Below are positions 13,125 through 26,010 of a stretch of DNA of 64,000 nucleotides, one piece after another. The position numbers and the translations under genes are program-made. The notes beneath the pieces are model-generated. The model was not told the origin of the DNA. It saw only the letters and a list, made by a program, of their open reading frames with translations, and searched no databases. Origin of the DNA: Octopus bimaculoides (lineage: Eukaryota); the NCBI RefSeq assembly GCF_001194135.2, contig NC_068992.1, positions 44,949,670 to 45,013,669 on the forward strand, read 5' to 3'. The first letter of the stretch is position 1. Each line of letters starts with the position of its first letter.

Positions 13125-13760
13125 GAAGGGGTGTACCCAAGACCACTCAGTCTGGGTAATGTATCCAGTTGTCGGTAAGTTGACTGGTTTTTCTTAGAGA
13201 AATTTATCCAGGTGCTGCTTAAATGTATTTTTAGTTCATTCATTTTTTAAAATCTCTTAGGATAGTGTTGAATAAACCGGAGTCCGTTGAGTTAATAAAA
13301 TCAACTTCTTCTGAATGTTGTTATGTGATGTGAGCTCGATTCGGTAGCCACTTAATACTTGGCCTTGTGTGTTCTGTGAACTTGATTCCGGCATCGTAAA
13401 GGCGTTAATAGAATATTATTTGAATTTTGAAAATGTAGCACTCGTGGCAACGTTAAAGAGATTTCTTTAGAGGGGGCCTAGTAACCGGAACTGTCATGCC
13501 GCTTAAATTGCCTATTGACATTTTTTGTAATTAAAGCACGAGTGAAGAGTCTTCAATTTTGATAATAATCTGATTCATGTAGGCAACACACTAACACCAG
13601 CAGTGCTCAATGTGAGGCCAACCAAATGTAAAAGAGAGAAGCAAGATGGCTTCAGGTTCTGTAGACTGGCTTGTTGGAAGTTTGTAGAACATATCCTTCG
13701 TGGTATATCGACTCTGTTGGTGTTCTGCTGAAATTCTTGTTGAAAGATATACTAAAGTCT
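13125..13760 (-). mobile_element. Decayed CR1-like LINE ORF2 3' end
   Basis: Minus-strand frameshifted remnants EAILLL..WPHIEHC (cf. LVRPHLEYC), PL..NVA..FSK (cf. PL..RRNVASL..FY), GLFNTI..FKQHLDKFL (cf. LFNxLP..FKxxLDKFL), in the expected order and followed by AATAAAA. Confidence 0.6.
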
Positions 13761-14324
13761 CTGATATAAGTTGGTACCACGAGACCTAGCAAGGATTTTC
13801 CTTGTTTTACATTATGTATTTCCCTCAATAATTAGATTACATAGCATAGAACGAAGGGAAGTACTGTCCGGAAATCTATTTTCATGTTGATTTTGAGAAG
13901 CTGAGATTCTCTACATTATTTCATGTTTTTCTATTACTGATTATTTTGCGTAATTATGAATTTCATCAGATAAATCAAGTGCTCATATATGAAAATTGTG
14001 GGATGTGTAGCAACTCAGACAAAATGTTATTCCTAAATACATGAATCATTCGGATTTAGATAAAAGTAACGTTGCTCGTTACGTTTTCACTTCCACGTTT
14101 GTTTGTTTTGCTTTTTTTTATAAAATGGAAATATTATTTCTACACAAGAGATGAAACAAAAAATCTGGAGTATCAATAAGGGCAAATGTCATTTGTTATA
14201 GACAATCTCTTAAAGAGATTTATGTTGTGTAAACATCGACAATGACTATCCACATATAAATTACGCCGCCCCTCCTCCTTCGCTTTCATGATAATCAAAA
14301 TAATATTAGTAATACTAATAATGA

Positions 14325-14516
14325 TTTCAAATTTTGGCACAAGGCCAGTAATTTCAAAGGAGGATAAATGTTGATTACATCCACTCCAGGGTTACACTGG
14401 TGGTTATTAGATCCACCCCGAATGGATAAAAGGGAAAGTCGATTTGGACTCAGAACATCAAGACGATTGAAATGTCGGTACGCTTTCTGCTTGGGAGTGC
14501 TAATGATTCTCCCAGG
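14325..14516 (-). mobile_element. SINE family A copy
   Basis: TTTCAAATTTTGGCACAAGGCCAG..AAAGTCGA..ACTCAGAAC is the reverse complement of family A. Confidence 0.8.
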
Positions 14517-15780
14517 TTAGATAGTAATACTACTAATACTAACATGAATATTAATTGCTTTCATTATATCAAAATCTAAACACCCCCCCACACCCAAAAC
14601 AGATATTTACATAAACACGCACGTATGCATANNNNNNNNNNNNNNNNNNNNNNNNNNNNNNNNNNNNNNNNNTCTGAGAACAAAACAGTTACGACTTATT
14701 CTAAAAATATTACATATGAAAATCGTTAACATTTAATGCAGTGTTTCTGTGTTTGCTAATGAAATAAAAATTTATCTTCATCGAACACGCACACGCATAA
14801 TATGTGCTTGAGTATGTCTGTTTATGCATTATGCTATATAACTTTTCTGTGTATTTTACCGGACTGTTCCAAATATAATCGAACCAGATCAATAAAGTAA
14901 ACACGATGACATGTGTGGTAATACGGAAGGAAGAAAGCAATATATTGCAAAAAAAAAAAAAAAATCCAATTGTTTAATTAATATTTCTTCTTAAAACTGT
15001 AGTTTTGTTTTGTCTATAAACACGCAATATTCTCGTTTCTGACAGTGATTAGTGGAGGGAGGAAGAACAACAAATAATACAGCATTATCTATGAAATTTT
15101 GCCTTTTATATTATTCAATTATATTTCTTGTCTAAAACCGAATAATGGTAGATATGGAATCAATATTGATTATCTAATCAATTCTTTGAAATTACTACTC
15201 AATTGTGGCATGAGCCTTAGAACGAAAAAACTTCTTACGAAAATCTTTAATAATTGTTAATGAATGTTTTCATCTCATTATTTCATCTATAAATCTCCAT
15301 CTATCGTTTGTCAAAATGCTAACCAAATTTTCATTCGTTTATTTCTTTAAAAATAGTCATTCAGCATGGAGGATTCAACAATTTCACGTTCCCGAGTGGA
15401 AATATGTATTGGAAATATTTTATTCAAGGAATTAATCAGTAAATATCAATCAATATTTTTTATGAAAAACCTGACCTGTTTTACCAAGACTTCAAAAGCA
15501 GGCGAACGTTATTAACTTGAACACAAATATCTGTTATGTATACATCTTACCCAACTATTTACAAAGATATTCGACTTTCATTTGACCTATGGTTACATTG
15601 CGGATTGCTGTGTCCGTGGCCTATTAAAGACAATGGCTGATATTAGCAATTAGTATCGGAACAAGGTGATTAACACTGAAACCCTGAATCCATCTATGTT
15701 CCAGTGACTGTTATTTTTTTCTGTTTATGGAGAAAATGGTGAAATAAGAGTGAATATTTATTTTATGAGTGTTGTGTATT

Positions 15781-15950
15781 ACGGCGCTATTAGTGCTTGA
15801 ACGGCATTTCGTCCACCTTCACGTTCTACGCTCAAATTCCTCACCGTTTTGGAGTCGATAAAAGAAATAGCAGTTGAACACTGAGGCCGATGTAATCGAC
15901 TTACTCTCGCTCCGAAATTGCTGGCCTTGTGCCACAATTTTTAACCAATA
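15781..15950 (+). mobile_element. SINE family A copy (internally deleted)
   Basis: GGCATTTCGTCC..CACGTTCT..GTCGATAAAA..CAGTTGAACACTG..GATGTAATCGACTT..GCTGGCCTTGTGCC. Confidence 0.82.
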
Positions 15951-18866
15951 TTTCTGAACAATGAAATATGAGGTAGCAGCTGGATATGTAATCTATAAAT
16001 TGACAACGCACCGGGGAAGGATTCTTTAATTCATGTGATTCTAATTGTTAATAGTGATAATATCTCTTCAAATAAAATATAGTGTTAAGTATTTATATTT
16101 AAGTACATTTCACTAACTTTCTATGTGGAAGTTTGGTTATCCAGTCGATTTATTTAGTTTTTAACTTACTTTCTAGAAGCATTTAGACCTAATTAGTTAA
16201 TGCATATGTTCTTCTGGAGTGATCTGTATTTTCAGTGAGAAAGATTTGCGTGAAAATGGAATTGGTACTATATTTCAATATGGCTATTTTGCGTCGGTAT
16301 TATGATATGCTCTTCAACCATTATCCATTCCTTCCATTCATTACTTGAACACAACAGTTTGTTGAATAGTTACAGCTAAGAACCTGGGCAATTTCCATTC
16401 CTCATATTGAGATAAACATCTCTCTTCACTGAATCTCTTGAGTTGATTTCAATTGTCAACAAATGGAAAGGTTGTATATTAGCTACTAACAAATATATGA
16501 CACATTCTAAATTAGCTAAGTAGACAACTTTATTAAAATTGAGGAGTTCGTATTTCCGGTACATCTTGGAAATGTCATATGTTTATATTTCAATACTTCT
16601 CTTCGTTAATTCTGACAATTCTTTGGTGTTATATGCTGAATATTTACATTGCCATTTGGCAGAACATCCTTTAGTTTTTTCTAGAGTTCTTCTAGCTGTA
16701 TTATAAATGAACGCGTAACAAATTAATATTCGCCTTTCAGTAAAAAAAGTAGGAATTATGAGGAAATATTATTGTCCTGGGTGGTTGATTTATTGCCTTT
16801 AGAGTGAATTAAATTACAGTAAGATATTTCAAACCTCAGACATGGTGATGTCAGTTTTACAAAACTGATTCTTTCATTTAACATCATTTCTGAACATGAC
16901 AAATTGCTAGCTTTATACTTGCAATATGGAGTCCCGTTACTGGATATCTGATAAGCAGAAGGTAATTAACCGTTATAGTTCCATAATCGAGTTTTAACGA
17001 CTAATTTTTATGTAGAGATTGAGATTATATGGCCAAATGGATAGGATAATATAGAACCAGCTGACATGCTAGATGTTTGTATCCTATCATCAGCGCTGCT
17101 TTGAAGGTGGAATTCTCACTAGATTCAGTTCATTTAACAGTAAATAAAGCTACGGATATTGAAACAACTCGCCGTTGTAAGCAGTAAGGGCAACATTATA
17201 AACGTTACGCATGTTTCAAAACTTGCTATAATAAGTTCATATCGTCCTATATGTGTGGTTTTAAGAATGATGGGCTCTCAGATTTATTTTGCCTAAAATA
17301 TACCCTTCATGAAGACATAGATATGTCGAGTTAAGACATCTGTGTATCAGTAGAACCACTAATAACTGAGTCGATACGGGTAAAGTTAGGTTGTATTTCT
17401 CATTATTAGCAGTTTCACAACATTTCTAATATTTCTAATTTTTTTTTTTTTGAAATTTCTTAGCAGACGTCTTGTAATTGCTTATCACACTCACTCGGTT
17501 CATGCATGCCTTTCGCGGTGTTCACTTTGCGGCAAGGTTTCGGTCCAAGGCTATGATTACTGAAAAATGACCTCCTTACCACCAACATCGGAGATCTGGA
17601 CAAAATAAGTCTTGAACGATTGCCTTCCTTCTTTCACCTAGCTGTGAAAATAAAATAAGTTGGCTTGTAGAACAAATCATAGCCAATAGAGCAATGATTT
17701 ATTCTTTCAGCAGTATCTTGTTGTTTATGTCTCAAGATTTTAGCTCTTACTGGTTCAGTCTACCTAATTGTAAATTGTGTAGTGTCTGATAAATATTGCT
17801 GTTAATTGATAATATTAAGATAAGAATCAATTAAAAAGTTTGAGTAATGAAAGTTATAGTTGGAGTAATCTATGTGTTACGGTATATATTCTCACCATAT
17901 CAAGTGTAAGCTCGGTTTCCTCTGTGACTACTATTTCTTTGATCACTCAGTGGGATTTTATTCAATCAAATATACTCCACCTGATGGCTGGCTATGATGT
18001 TTCACACCTACAAAATCTTTTTCATACATCGGCATCAGAATCTTTACATTTTGTCTTCGAGATCGACTAAAAGCAGATAAAACACAACCTGTTGAGAATT
18101 TGAACAGTTGGGAACAGGGTACAGGCATAGAAAAGAAGTCAATGTTAAAAGGCTTGGCACCAATAATTACTAATCTACACTCTATCCATTCATAGTTTTC
18201 TCCCAATGCAAGAGAGTGTATTCGTTATCCAAAGTTTATCAAAAACCTTTATCTCATTTCTTTCAAAATGGTAGAATGACTTTCTTAATACGTTTTACGC
18301 TGTATGAAGCAGCAAGAGATTTCAACACTGCACACGATAAATTGTATTGGATATTTTACCGTGAGTTGGTAAATGTTCTTTCTATTGGATGGAATCTAAG
18401 AGATATATATTTTAAAGAAACGTTTTAGATATTTTCTGAAAAGCCTATATGACAAAGAGATTAATAGGATGCAATAGATCCACATGCTCCAAAATTCGAA
18501 AATAACATGCTCCGTATGTCATATCCATATAAGGTTTCGGCATTAATTATTTGAATTGCACATACTCAGCTACTCTTTCTCATTTCTATACGATAAATTG
18601 AGCAACACATCATCGAAAAGCAAAACTGAAATTAAAGCATGAAGGAAATATATCCTATCTGGATAGCACCCATTGTCACCGTTCTATCACGCAATGTGTT
18701 AAAGCTCTTCCCAATTAGCATGATTAGTAAATGGGAAACAGGAGTTCTGTGGCCATTTCTGTGAAGCATCACTGTATCGCAATGGAAATTATTAGTAAAA
18801 TACAGTGTTTCTAAATACCAACAGTCTGCATTGATAATGGATTATAGGGAGAGAGATTCAGAGAAT

Positions 18867-18871
<5 letters not shown>

Positions 18872-18950
<79 letters not shown>
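18872..18950. repeat. (TA)n microsatellite
   Basis: Direct inspection. Confidence 0.95.
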
Positions 18951-18951
<1 letters not shown>

Positions 18952-19130
18952 GAGGCCTGATCAACAAGTATTGAGACTGTTCCCATGGTAACGAAGTTAA
19001 AGCACTCAGGGTAAGGCCGCTTCGTACAGATTGATCTTCAAGTCTGATGTGCATGCGGACTAAGTCTTAACATTCTAGTTCATTTTCGCTGTTTGCAGCA
19101 GTGCTTAGAAGGAAGGTGTGTAGCGAGTGA
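18951..19130 (+). mobile_element. Mariner-type left terminal fragment inserted in a (TA)n tract
   Basis: TA|CGAGGCCTGATCAACAAGTATTGAGACTG resembles mariner TIR starts; flanked on both sides by (TA)n; no matching right TIR seen. Confidence 0.5.
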
Positions 19131-19845
19131 TATATATATATATATATATATATATTCATAAGAAACAAGAAGAAATGGGTGGAATATAAGATCGGACTGA
19201 GTTGTCATTAAAGCAGCCAGAAAAGAATGGAGTTACAGTGGAACGATAATACAGTAGAAGTCGTGAATATAGATGTCATATCACTGACAAAACTCATACT
19301 TAAGTGAAAAATAAATGATAATAAATATGTGTTGATTAGTTTCTAGTAACTGACAAGAAGAAAAGGAAACTTAGCCGTAAGATAAACAAACAATTGAAAA
19401 TTCCGGAAATCGACGCCAATACATTTGCAAAGAGGGGAGTAAAGGATTAGCAGAAGACAGCACACGGAGATGAAAACTTCACGAAATATTGTCATTCTTG
19501 AAACAATGTTTTAGTATTATTCTATTTGTTCTATTTAGATGGAATAGGTGAAGAATACAAAGTGACAATTAAAGAATCATCAGAATCTTTAGTAAGATTT
19601 ACAATGATACAGTTCATAGGTAATAATGATTTATTCTGCTCTCTTAGCGAAGTTAGCCAATCATTGAAACTCGCCAAACAGTACATAAGTAGATATAAAA
19701 ACACCTTTGTAACAAGTTAGGTGATAACTCTATGAATTACCATTGTATTTATGGTGCCTGACACTTTTCTCTTCCCCAACTTCCGCCTCCTTACTATTAT
19801 TGTTGTTATCATTGATTTTGTGATTGTTATCATTATTGTTACTAA

Positions 19846-20036
19846 GGTAGCGAACTGGGTGAAATGCTTAGCAACATTTCGTCGGTCTTTGCATTCGGAG
19901 TTCAAATTCCGCCGAAGTCGACTTTGCCTTTCATCCTTCGAGGTAGAAAAATCATGTACCAGTCAAGTACTGGGGTTGATGTAATCTACCTGACCCCTCC
20001 CCTGAACTTGCTGGCCTTGTGCCAAAATTTGAAATC
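19846..20036 (+). mobile_element. SINE family A copy
   Basis: GGAGTTCAAATTCCGCCGAAGTCGACTTTGCCTTTCATCC..GTACCAGTCAAGTACTGGGG..GCCTTGTGCCAAAATTTGAAA. Confidence 0.88.
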
Positions 20037-20037
20037 G

Positions 20038-20070
<33 letters not shown>

Positions 20071-20071
<1 letters not shown>

Positions 20072-20287
20072 TACCTCCGCCTTCGCTAAGGCGGAGGTAT
20101 TGTTTTCAGTCGTTTTTGTTTGTTTGTTTGTCCGTGCACAAGATATCTCAAGAACCGCTGGATGATTTAATATTCTTGTTTGTAAAAGCAGCTGAATTGA
20201 TTTCAGATATTCTCATTTAAAAAATCATCTCTGGCTAATCGTTGAGAGGGCGTTGGTGTTGCCTTGACGGAGGTTTGCGCTCTCTTG
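20071..20287 (+). mobile_element. Non-autonomous Helentron-type element (HINE / DINE-1-like architecture)
   Basis: 5' hairpin TACCTCCGCCTT-CGCT-AAGGCGGAGGTA (12-bp perfect stem), internal (TTTG)n microsatellite, and 3' subterminal inverted repeat CCTTGACGGAGGT (20262-20274) followed by GCGCTCTC. Confidence 0.7.
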
Positions 20288-20333
20288 TTATTATTGTTGT
20301 TGTTAATGTTATCATCATTATCATCATCATCAA

Positions 20334-20547
20334 GGCGGCGAGCAGGCAGAATCGTTAGCACGCCGGGTAAAACGCTTAGCGGCATTTCGTTGTCTTTACG
20401 TTCTGAGTTTAAATTCCACCGAGGTCGACTTTGCCTTTCATCCTTTCGGGGTCGATAAACTAAGTACCAGTGAAACACTGCGGGCGATGTAATCGACTCA
20501 TCTCCTCCCGCCAAAATGTCAGGCCTTGTGCCTTTAGTAGAAAGGAT
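20334..20547 (+). mobile_element. SINE family A copy (best preserved; variant 3' end GTGCCTTTAGTAGAAAGG-(ATT)n)
   Basis: GGCGGCGAGCAGGCAGAATCGTTAGCACGCCGGG..GTCGACTTTGCCTTTCATCCTTTCGGGGTCGATAAACTAAGTACCAG. Confidence 0.9.
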
Positions 20548-21159
20548 TATTATTATTGTTGTTGTTTGTGTTGTTATTATTGTCACCATATAGAGAAGTC
20601 ACGGAAACTTAGAACTCCATAAATTTTGAGAGTTCTGTGACTCGTGTCGGTTGTTCAAGTTTCATTCAGTCATTTATTTGTTGCTGGTATCGTNNNNNNN
20701 NNNNNNNNNNNNNNNNNNNNNNNNNNNNNNNNNNNNNNNNNNNNNNNNNNNNNNNNNNNNNNNNNNNNNNNNNNNNNNNNNNNNNNNNNNNNNNNNNNNN
20801 NNNNNNNNNNNNNNNNNNNNNNNNNNNNNNNNNNNNNNNNNNNNNNNNNNNNNNNNNNNNNNNNNNNNNNNNNNNNNNNNNNNNNNNNAAAAAAAAAAAA
20901 AACTGTCGGAACACGAAGCAGCTATGATAATCGACGATAGATAGCGTTCCGTCGACTGAGTTTTGAATGTCAATGTAGCCGTCACAATGTAACACGAAAA
21001 CAAATTTATTGAATCTAAGCAATGGAATTTTCTTTTGTTGCTATGACGATGCTTAAAACAAATAGAAAAAAAGATGTTAGTGACGATGAGTGATATTGTT
21101 GGTCAAAACCTGTGCCATCAACGATCTCTCTATCCCCCCCCCCATTCCACACAAAGAAT

Positions 21160-21940
21160 GTTACAAGTACCTAGGCATAGACGAAAATGTATCATATGAA
21201 GGCACTGTGAATAAAGATTAAACCGAAAATATTACTCCAGACTTAGGAAAATATGGCAGTCCTCTTACAACAAAACAATATCACACAATTCATTTGCATT
21301 TCAAGTGCTGATATCAACATTTGGGATACTTGGTTGGTCTGTAGAGGAAATCCACTCCAAACATATCAAAACCAGCAACATCCTGACAACATCTGGGAAC
21401 TTCCACAGAAACAGTGATGTTGACAGGCTTTACTTAAGAAGAAATGAAGGTAGTAGAGGTCTGAGATCAGTGCAGACGGTCTTCGAATACTGTATCACTC
21501 AGGCAGCACCTGCTAAACACCAGCAGCAAAAAATATATATAAATGCAGTGCTGAAAAGTGAAGTGAGCAACATTGTACGAGTTGGTAGTGAAGCACTCTC
21601 TTCCTGATGTTCTCCTATACAGCCCCAAAACAGCTTGGCTTTCTAGCCTCAGAAAAGACATGGATGGAAAACACTCAGCATAAAAAAAAAGAGATTATGA
21701 ATAGGTAAGTTGCCCGGGAACTTGAAGACAGTAGAATTGACACGAAGTACAGCCTCTCTTGGACATAAGACCACTAAATCACATCACACTTTGAAGTTTA
21801 TGCGTTTACAATCCAGGAACAGGAGATTGCCAGAAAGTACCTGCTTAATAAGAGAGACAGTGACGGTCTTGTAACCCCAAGGTTCAATCGTATGTTTAGG
21901 TTATGTCATGTTTCTGTGGATGACATCAGTAGCTGTTTAG
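21160..21940 (+). mobile_element. Decayed R4/Dong-like non-LTR retrotransposon (RT thumb to zinc-finger region)
   Basis: YKYLGIDEN.., YYSRLRKIW.., FGILGWS.., FHRNSDVDRLYLRRNEGSRGL (ORF 21305..21607), IQEQEI..KYL.., FRLC..SSC; interrupted by stops and frameshifts. Confidence 0.8.
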
Positions 21941-23107
21941 TATAAATTTTGGCTCAGTCAATGCTGCATTAGAATGAGGAACGTTTACAATGCCAAATCA
22001 CTACAAATTCTCCCAAAAGCCGAAAATTGCCAAATGTCTGAAGGTATTTCCTTTAAATGTTTACCAGCTGTCTCACCACTCAGGATGCATCATAATTTAA
22101 ACTTGGAACAGTTTCTGCAGAACCAATTGACGTCATAGAACACATCTTCAGTTTTCATCTTACTCTCTATGAAAAGGAAATGGATATGCGGTTTAATTAA
22201 ATATTTGTCTGAACAGGAAACGAGATGGTTGCTGCTGGAATATCTGTCATCATAGATGTGCTGCAGCAGCTCTGATTTAGTGGAGGGAAATCTCGAATTA
22301 TACCGACAAGTACTAACTGCTATATTATTCATTATGTATTGTAGCTTTATATGCAATGTGTCTATATAGACGTCTAGATGGCCATAGCTAGAATATTTTT
22401 GATTACCCTTCTGCCAGGCCAGATCTTATCTCGGTCTATACTGTAACAAAACATCAACCGGATATACGAAACAATGACAACCTACTCTATATCAAAACCC
22501 TCCCGGCTGACGAGGGATTTAGATAAATGTATTTGACAAAGATAATATTGACAAGCTATAATTCTGTTTTTTTATTAACTTAAAAGCAATGGCATTACCA
22601 CTTTTCATTCTTTTAACATATCTAACTACACCTGTCATTTGGCAGTTCACATTACCATAAAACTGTCTAGACATACAGTCTTTCATGTGTATTTCTACAG
22701 ATATTTTCATTACTCGACATCGCCAATCTTTTAAATAGTACTGTATAACAATGTCATTATTGTATGTCAGAATATCTGGAAATTCTTGTTATTTCGAGAT
22801 TTCTACGCAAGATTTTACCTTTCTCTTACTCTAAATTTCGTCTCTCTTTCCCCCTCTCTCTCCCTCCCTCCCCTCTCTCTCTCCGTCTCTCTCTCTCCGT
22901 CTCTCTCTTTATGTATATATATATATATATATAAATATATAAATACAAAGGATTGTCACACAAGAGAACACATGAAAAGTAATACAAAGCTCAATAAAAC
23001 TACATTTAAGTTTATATAGACATATACTCACACATGTATACATGCACACAAACACACACACACACGTATATATATATACTATTTATACAAATATATTATT
23101 ATTATCT

Positions 23108-23178
23108 ATTCAAGGTATTACCTGGAATTGAACTCGCAATCTGAGGTTTGTAGCCAGCGCTCTTAACCATTAGCCAAA
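23108..23178 (-). mobile_element. tRNA-derived SINE family C head (diverged)
   Basis: Reverse strand TGGCTAATGGTTAAGAGCGCTGGCTACAAACCTCAGATTGCGAGTTCAATTCCAGGTAATACCTTGAAT. Confidence 0.75.
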
Positions 23179-23249
23179 CATGTGTGCGTGAATTTATGAG
23201 GGTATTCGCATAGCCAAACATTGAGGGGACGAACAAGAACAGACAAAGG

Positions 23250-23330
23250 GATTAAGTCGATTACATCGACCCCAGTGCGTAACTGGTACTAACCGGCGTG
23301 CTAACGTTTCTGCCAGTTCACCGCCTTGAT
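23250..23330 (-). mobile_element. SINE family A copy with large internal deletion
   Basis: AAGTCGATTACATCGACCCCAGTG..AACTGGTAC joined directly to CCGGCGTGCTAACGTTTCTGCCAGTTCACCGCCTT. Confidence 0.8.
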
Positions 23331-25978
23331 AAGTGCATAAATAGAGATAAAGACGGAGGAGACCAAGAGCGTGAAGCAGAAAGGTAGATCAAGTAGTTTG
23401 AATACGAATACGTCCCACGTTATCACTGAGATTATCATTGTGATAAATATACGTCCCTAATGAATGATAAATTATGAGCAGATATATAGGGACAACTCAT
23501 GCGTGTCTTAATATAATAATTTGATACGAGACTGTCTCACCTGCCCCTACTTTGTAATGGAGTCGGTTTCTTTTTTGACTTATGTCAGGGCTGATCTATT
23601 GTCTAATTGATAGCTAAACATCAATTCAGTTTCTATAGTCCTAATGCTATGCAGACTTATTTCAATGAAAACCCGTTAATAAGATGTAACTGAGTTTTCT
23701 ATTGAGGAATGAGGATGACAACGCTATAGCTAAATGTTCCCTGTCAGTTTAGGTAGGAATTTAGACACTGGCAAAGTTTAAATGTTGTAAGGAATCATTT
23801 GGAGATATTAGAAGAACTTTCCAATGTAAATGTGTGCAGATTAAAGAATTGAAAAGTAGTTAGACTAGTTATAACAAATGAGGTATGGACAGTTTGCTGA
23901 ATTACTTAGGTATTGCACAACTATCTCAAAGGCCAATCTTTGATTAGATACAATTGCTCTATTTTTGATACAATTGCTCTATTATAAGCTCTTACTGTTT
24001 AGATGCAATCAACTTCAATGGAGAAGACCTGTGACCAAAGGTTCTTTCTTCACCCATCTCGATGTTTTAAGACATTTGGACTACATCATGAAAAGTATTA
24101 TAGTTTGCAAATTCTAATATCTTGAGTGACGACTTAAGAGACCGGTCGTCGTCTCGTACTCTAATTAGTTTCTGCAACCACGAATAGCACTGTTGAACTG
24201 ACGAGTGTTCTGTCACTTTGCAGCACCCTTTGAACTCCGTCAGTAAAATAGTTATATATCTTTCAGTAAGCAATAAGGAAAACAATGAAGGGCGTAGGGA
24301 CCACTCAGACTTAAAAAAGGTTGAGCAATAACGTTTGCTAAATATTTTCGGTTATTTTAGCACACATTAAATAAAAGCATTACAATTTTCTAGTTTATCG
24401 TTATATTTTACGTGAGTATGAAAGAGTAGATAACAAAACAATATAAGCTGTTGTCTTTATTTTAAGGTAACGCTCTAAGGCTTTTTCTTTCATTATATTA
24501 TGGCCTCTGTTTTCACCGGAATCAGAAGGATATGACGTCAGTGAAATAATTTAATATTTCTCTGTGCAAATATACTCGAAATATATATATTTCCTATATA
24601 ACCTAGAAGCAATTTGCCACATACTACTACATTTTCTTTTCACGTTTAATCATGTATTATTACCAGTTATTACCTTAGAGTTAGAGAATAGTGACGCTCA
24701 GAATGCTTAGAAGACAGCAAAATAGTTTCTTCGCGTGCTCTAGCCTTAGCAAATATAATAATACATTTGTATCTCATGAACTAATCCAATTTACTCGGAA
24801 ATCATATACGTTAGTAAATGTTCGAGGTTTTTACTTGTTTGTGGTTGTGGTTGGTTTTTTTTTTTTATAATTTCATCTTATGTTTCAATAAACGTATTTA
24901 AGTGTTTTTTATGACAAATTTATTTTGGCCGTCGGAATAGGAGAGTTAGATGGAAGTAAGTAAATTATTTTTGAGTGGTAATATGAAAGAAAGAACTATC
25001 CAGCAATCTATTAGTGATCTATGAAGCTCACCAATTCGAAAATAAGCTCTCGTTTGAAGCTGTGTTATTAAACTATTCTCTCTTGATGGCTTTTCTTTCC
25101 TTTTGAAGCATTTCTATATTCAGCGTATATTGCAAAGATTAAACAAACCCATAACTAATATATGATGCACAATGTGTACTCAGTTTAATAGAGCTAAGTT
25201 GTAAAAATGTATCGGGAATTAAAGAGTTCCTTTTCAACCATTGTGAATACTTTCTAATGGATGTTTATATTTCTGTAGCATAAGGACTTGAAAACCTTAC
25301 CATGGATGATATACTCGTTTTCCTCACATATTGCATTTGTGGCATTTTAAATCAGTAACGTCCATAGCAATGTTTGCTGGTGTCGGTATATATAGTATGG
25401 CATTTTTAAACTTGAAGGGACGAACAAAATAAAACTGAATAAGATCGCATCACTATAACCTAATCATGGTTTCATTGTAATTAACGGTAATTGTAGAAGA
25501 AAAAGAATGTACTATGTGATTATGTATGTAGGGGTATTGGAGTGTGAATAGATATGTGTAAATGTATTTGTACATTAAGTAGAAAATAGGCATTGTTGAG
25601 AAAATATTTTAAGTCATTTTAAGCAAATTAATTCCGCAATGCCGGACAGGTTTCAGAATAAAGATGAGGAGAGACTGTCCGTTGCATGATTGTTACAGAG
25701 AGATGAATGCAGCTTTTAAAGTCATTCTTATCCGGATGAGAAAAGGCTTAGTAAATACTGGATGATATAGAGGTATAGAGGATATGCTAATTTGTAATGA
25801 AGGCAGACATTTGTCTGGAATTACAAGTTAACGAATGAGCCTGTAGATATATATATATATATGTATATATATNNNNNNNNNNNNNNNNNNNNNNNNNNNN
25901 NNNNNNNNNNNNNNNNNNNNNNNNNNNNNNNNNNNNNNNNNNNNNNNNNNNNNNNNNNNNNNNNNNNNNNNNNNNNNN

Positions 25979-26010
<32 letters not shown>

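Noticed and set aside
22500-22530. CTGACGAGGG as another hammerhead core
   Set aside because: No complementary stem II or GAAA follows.
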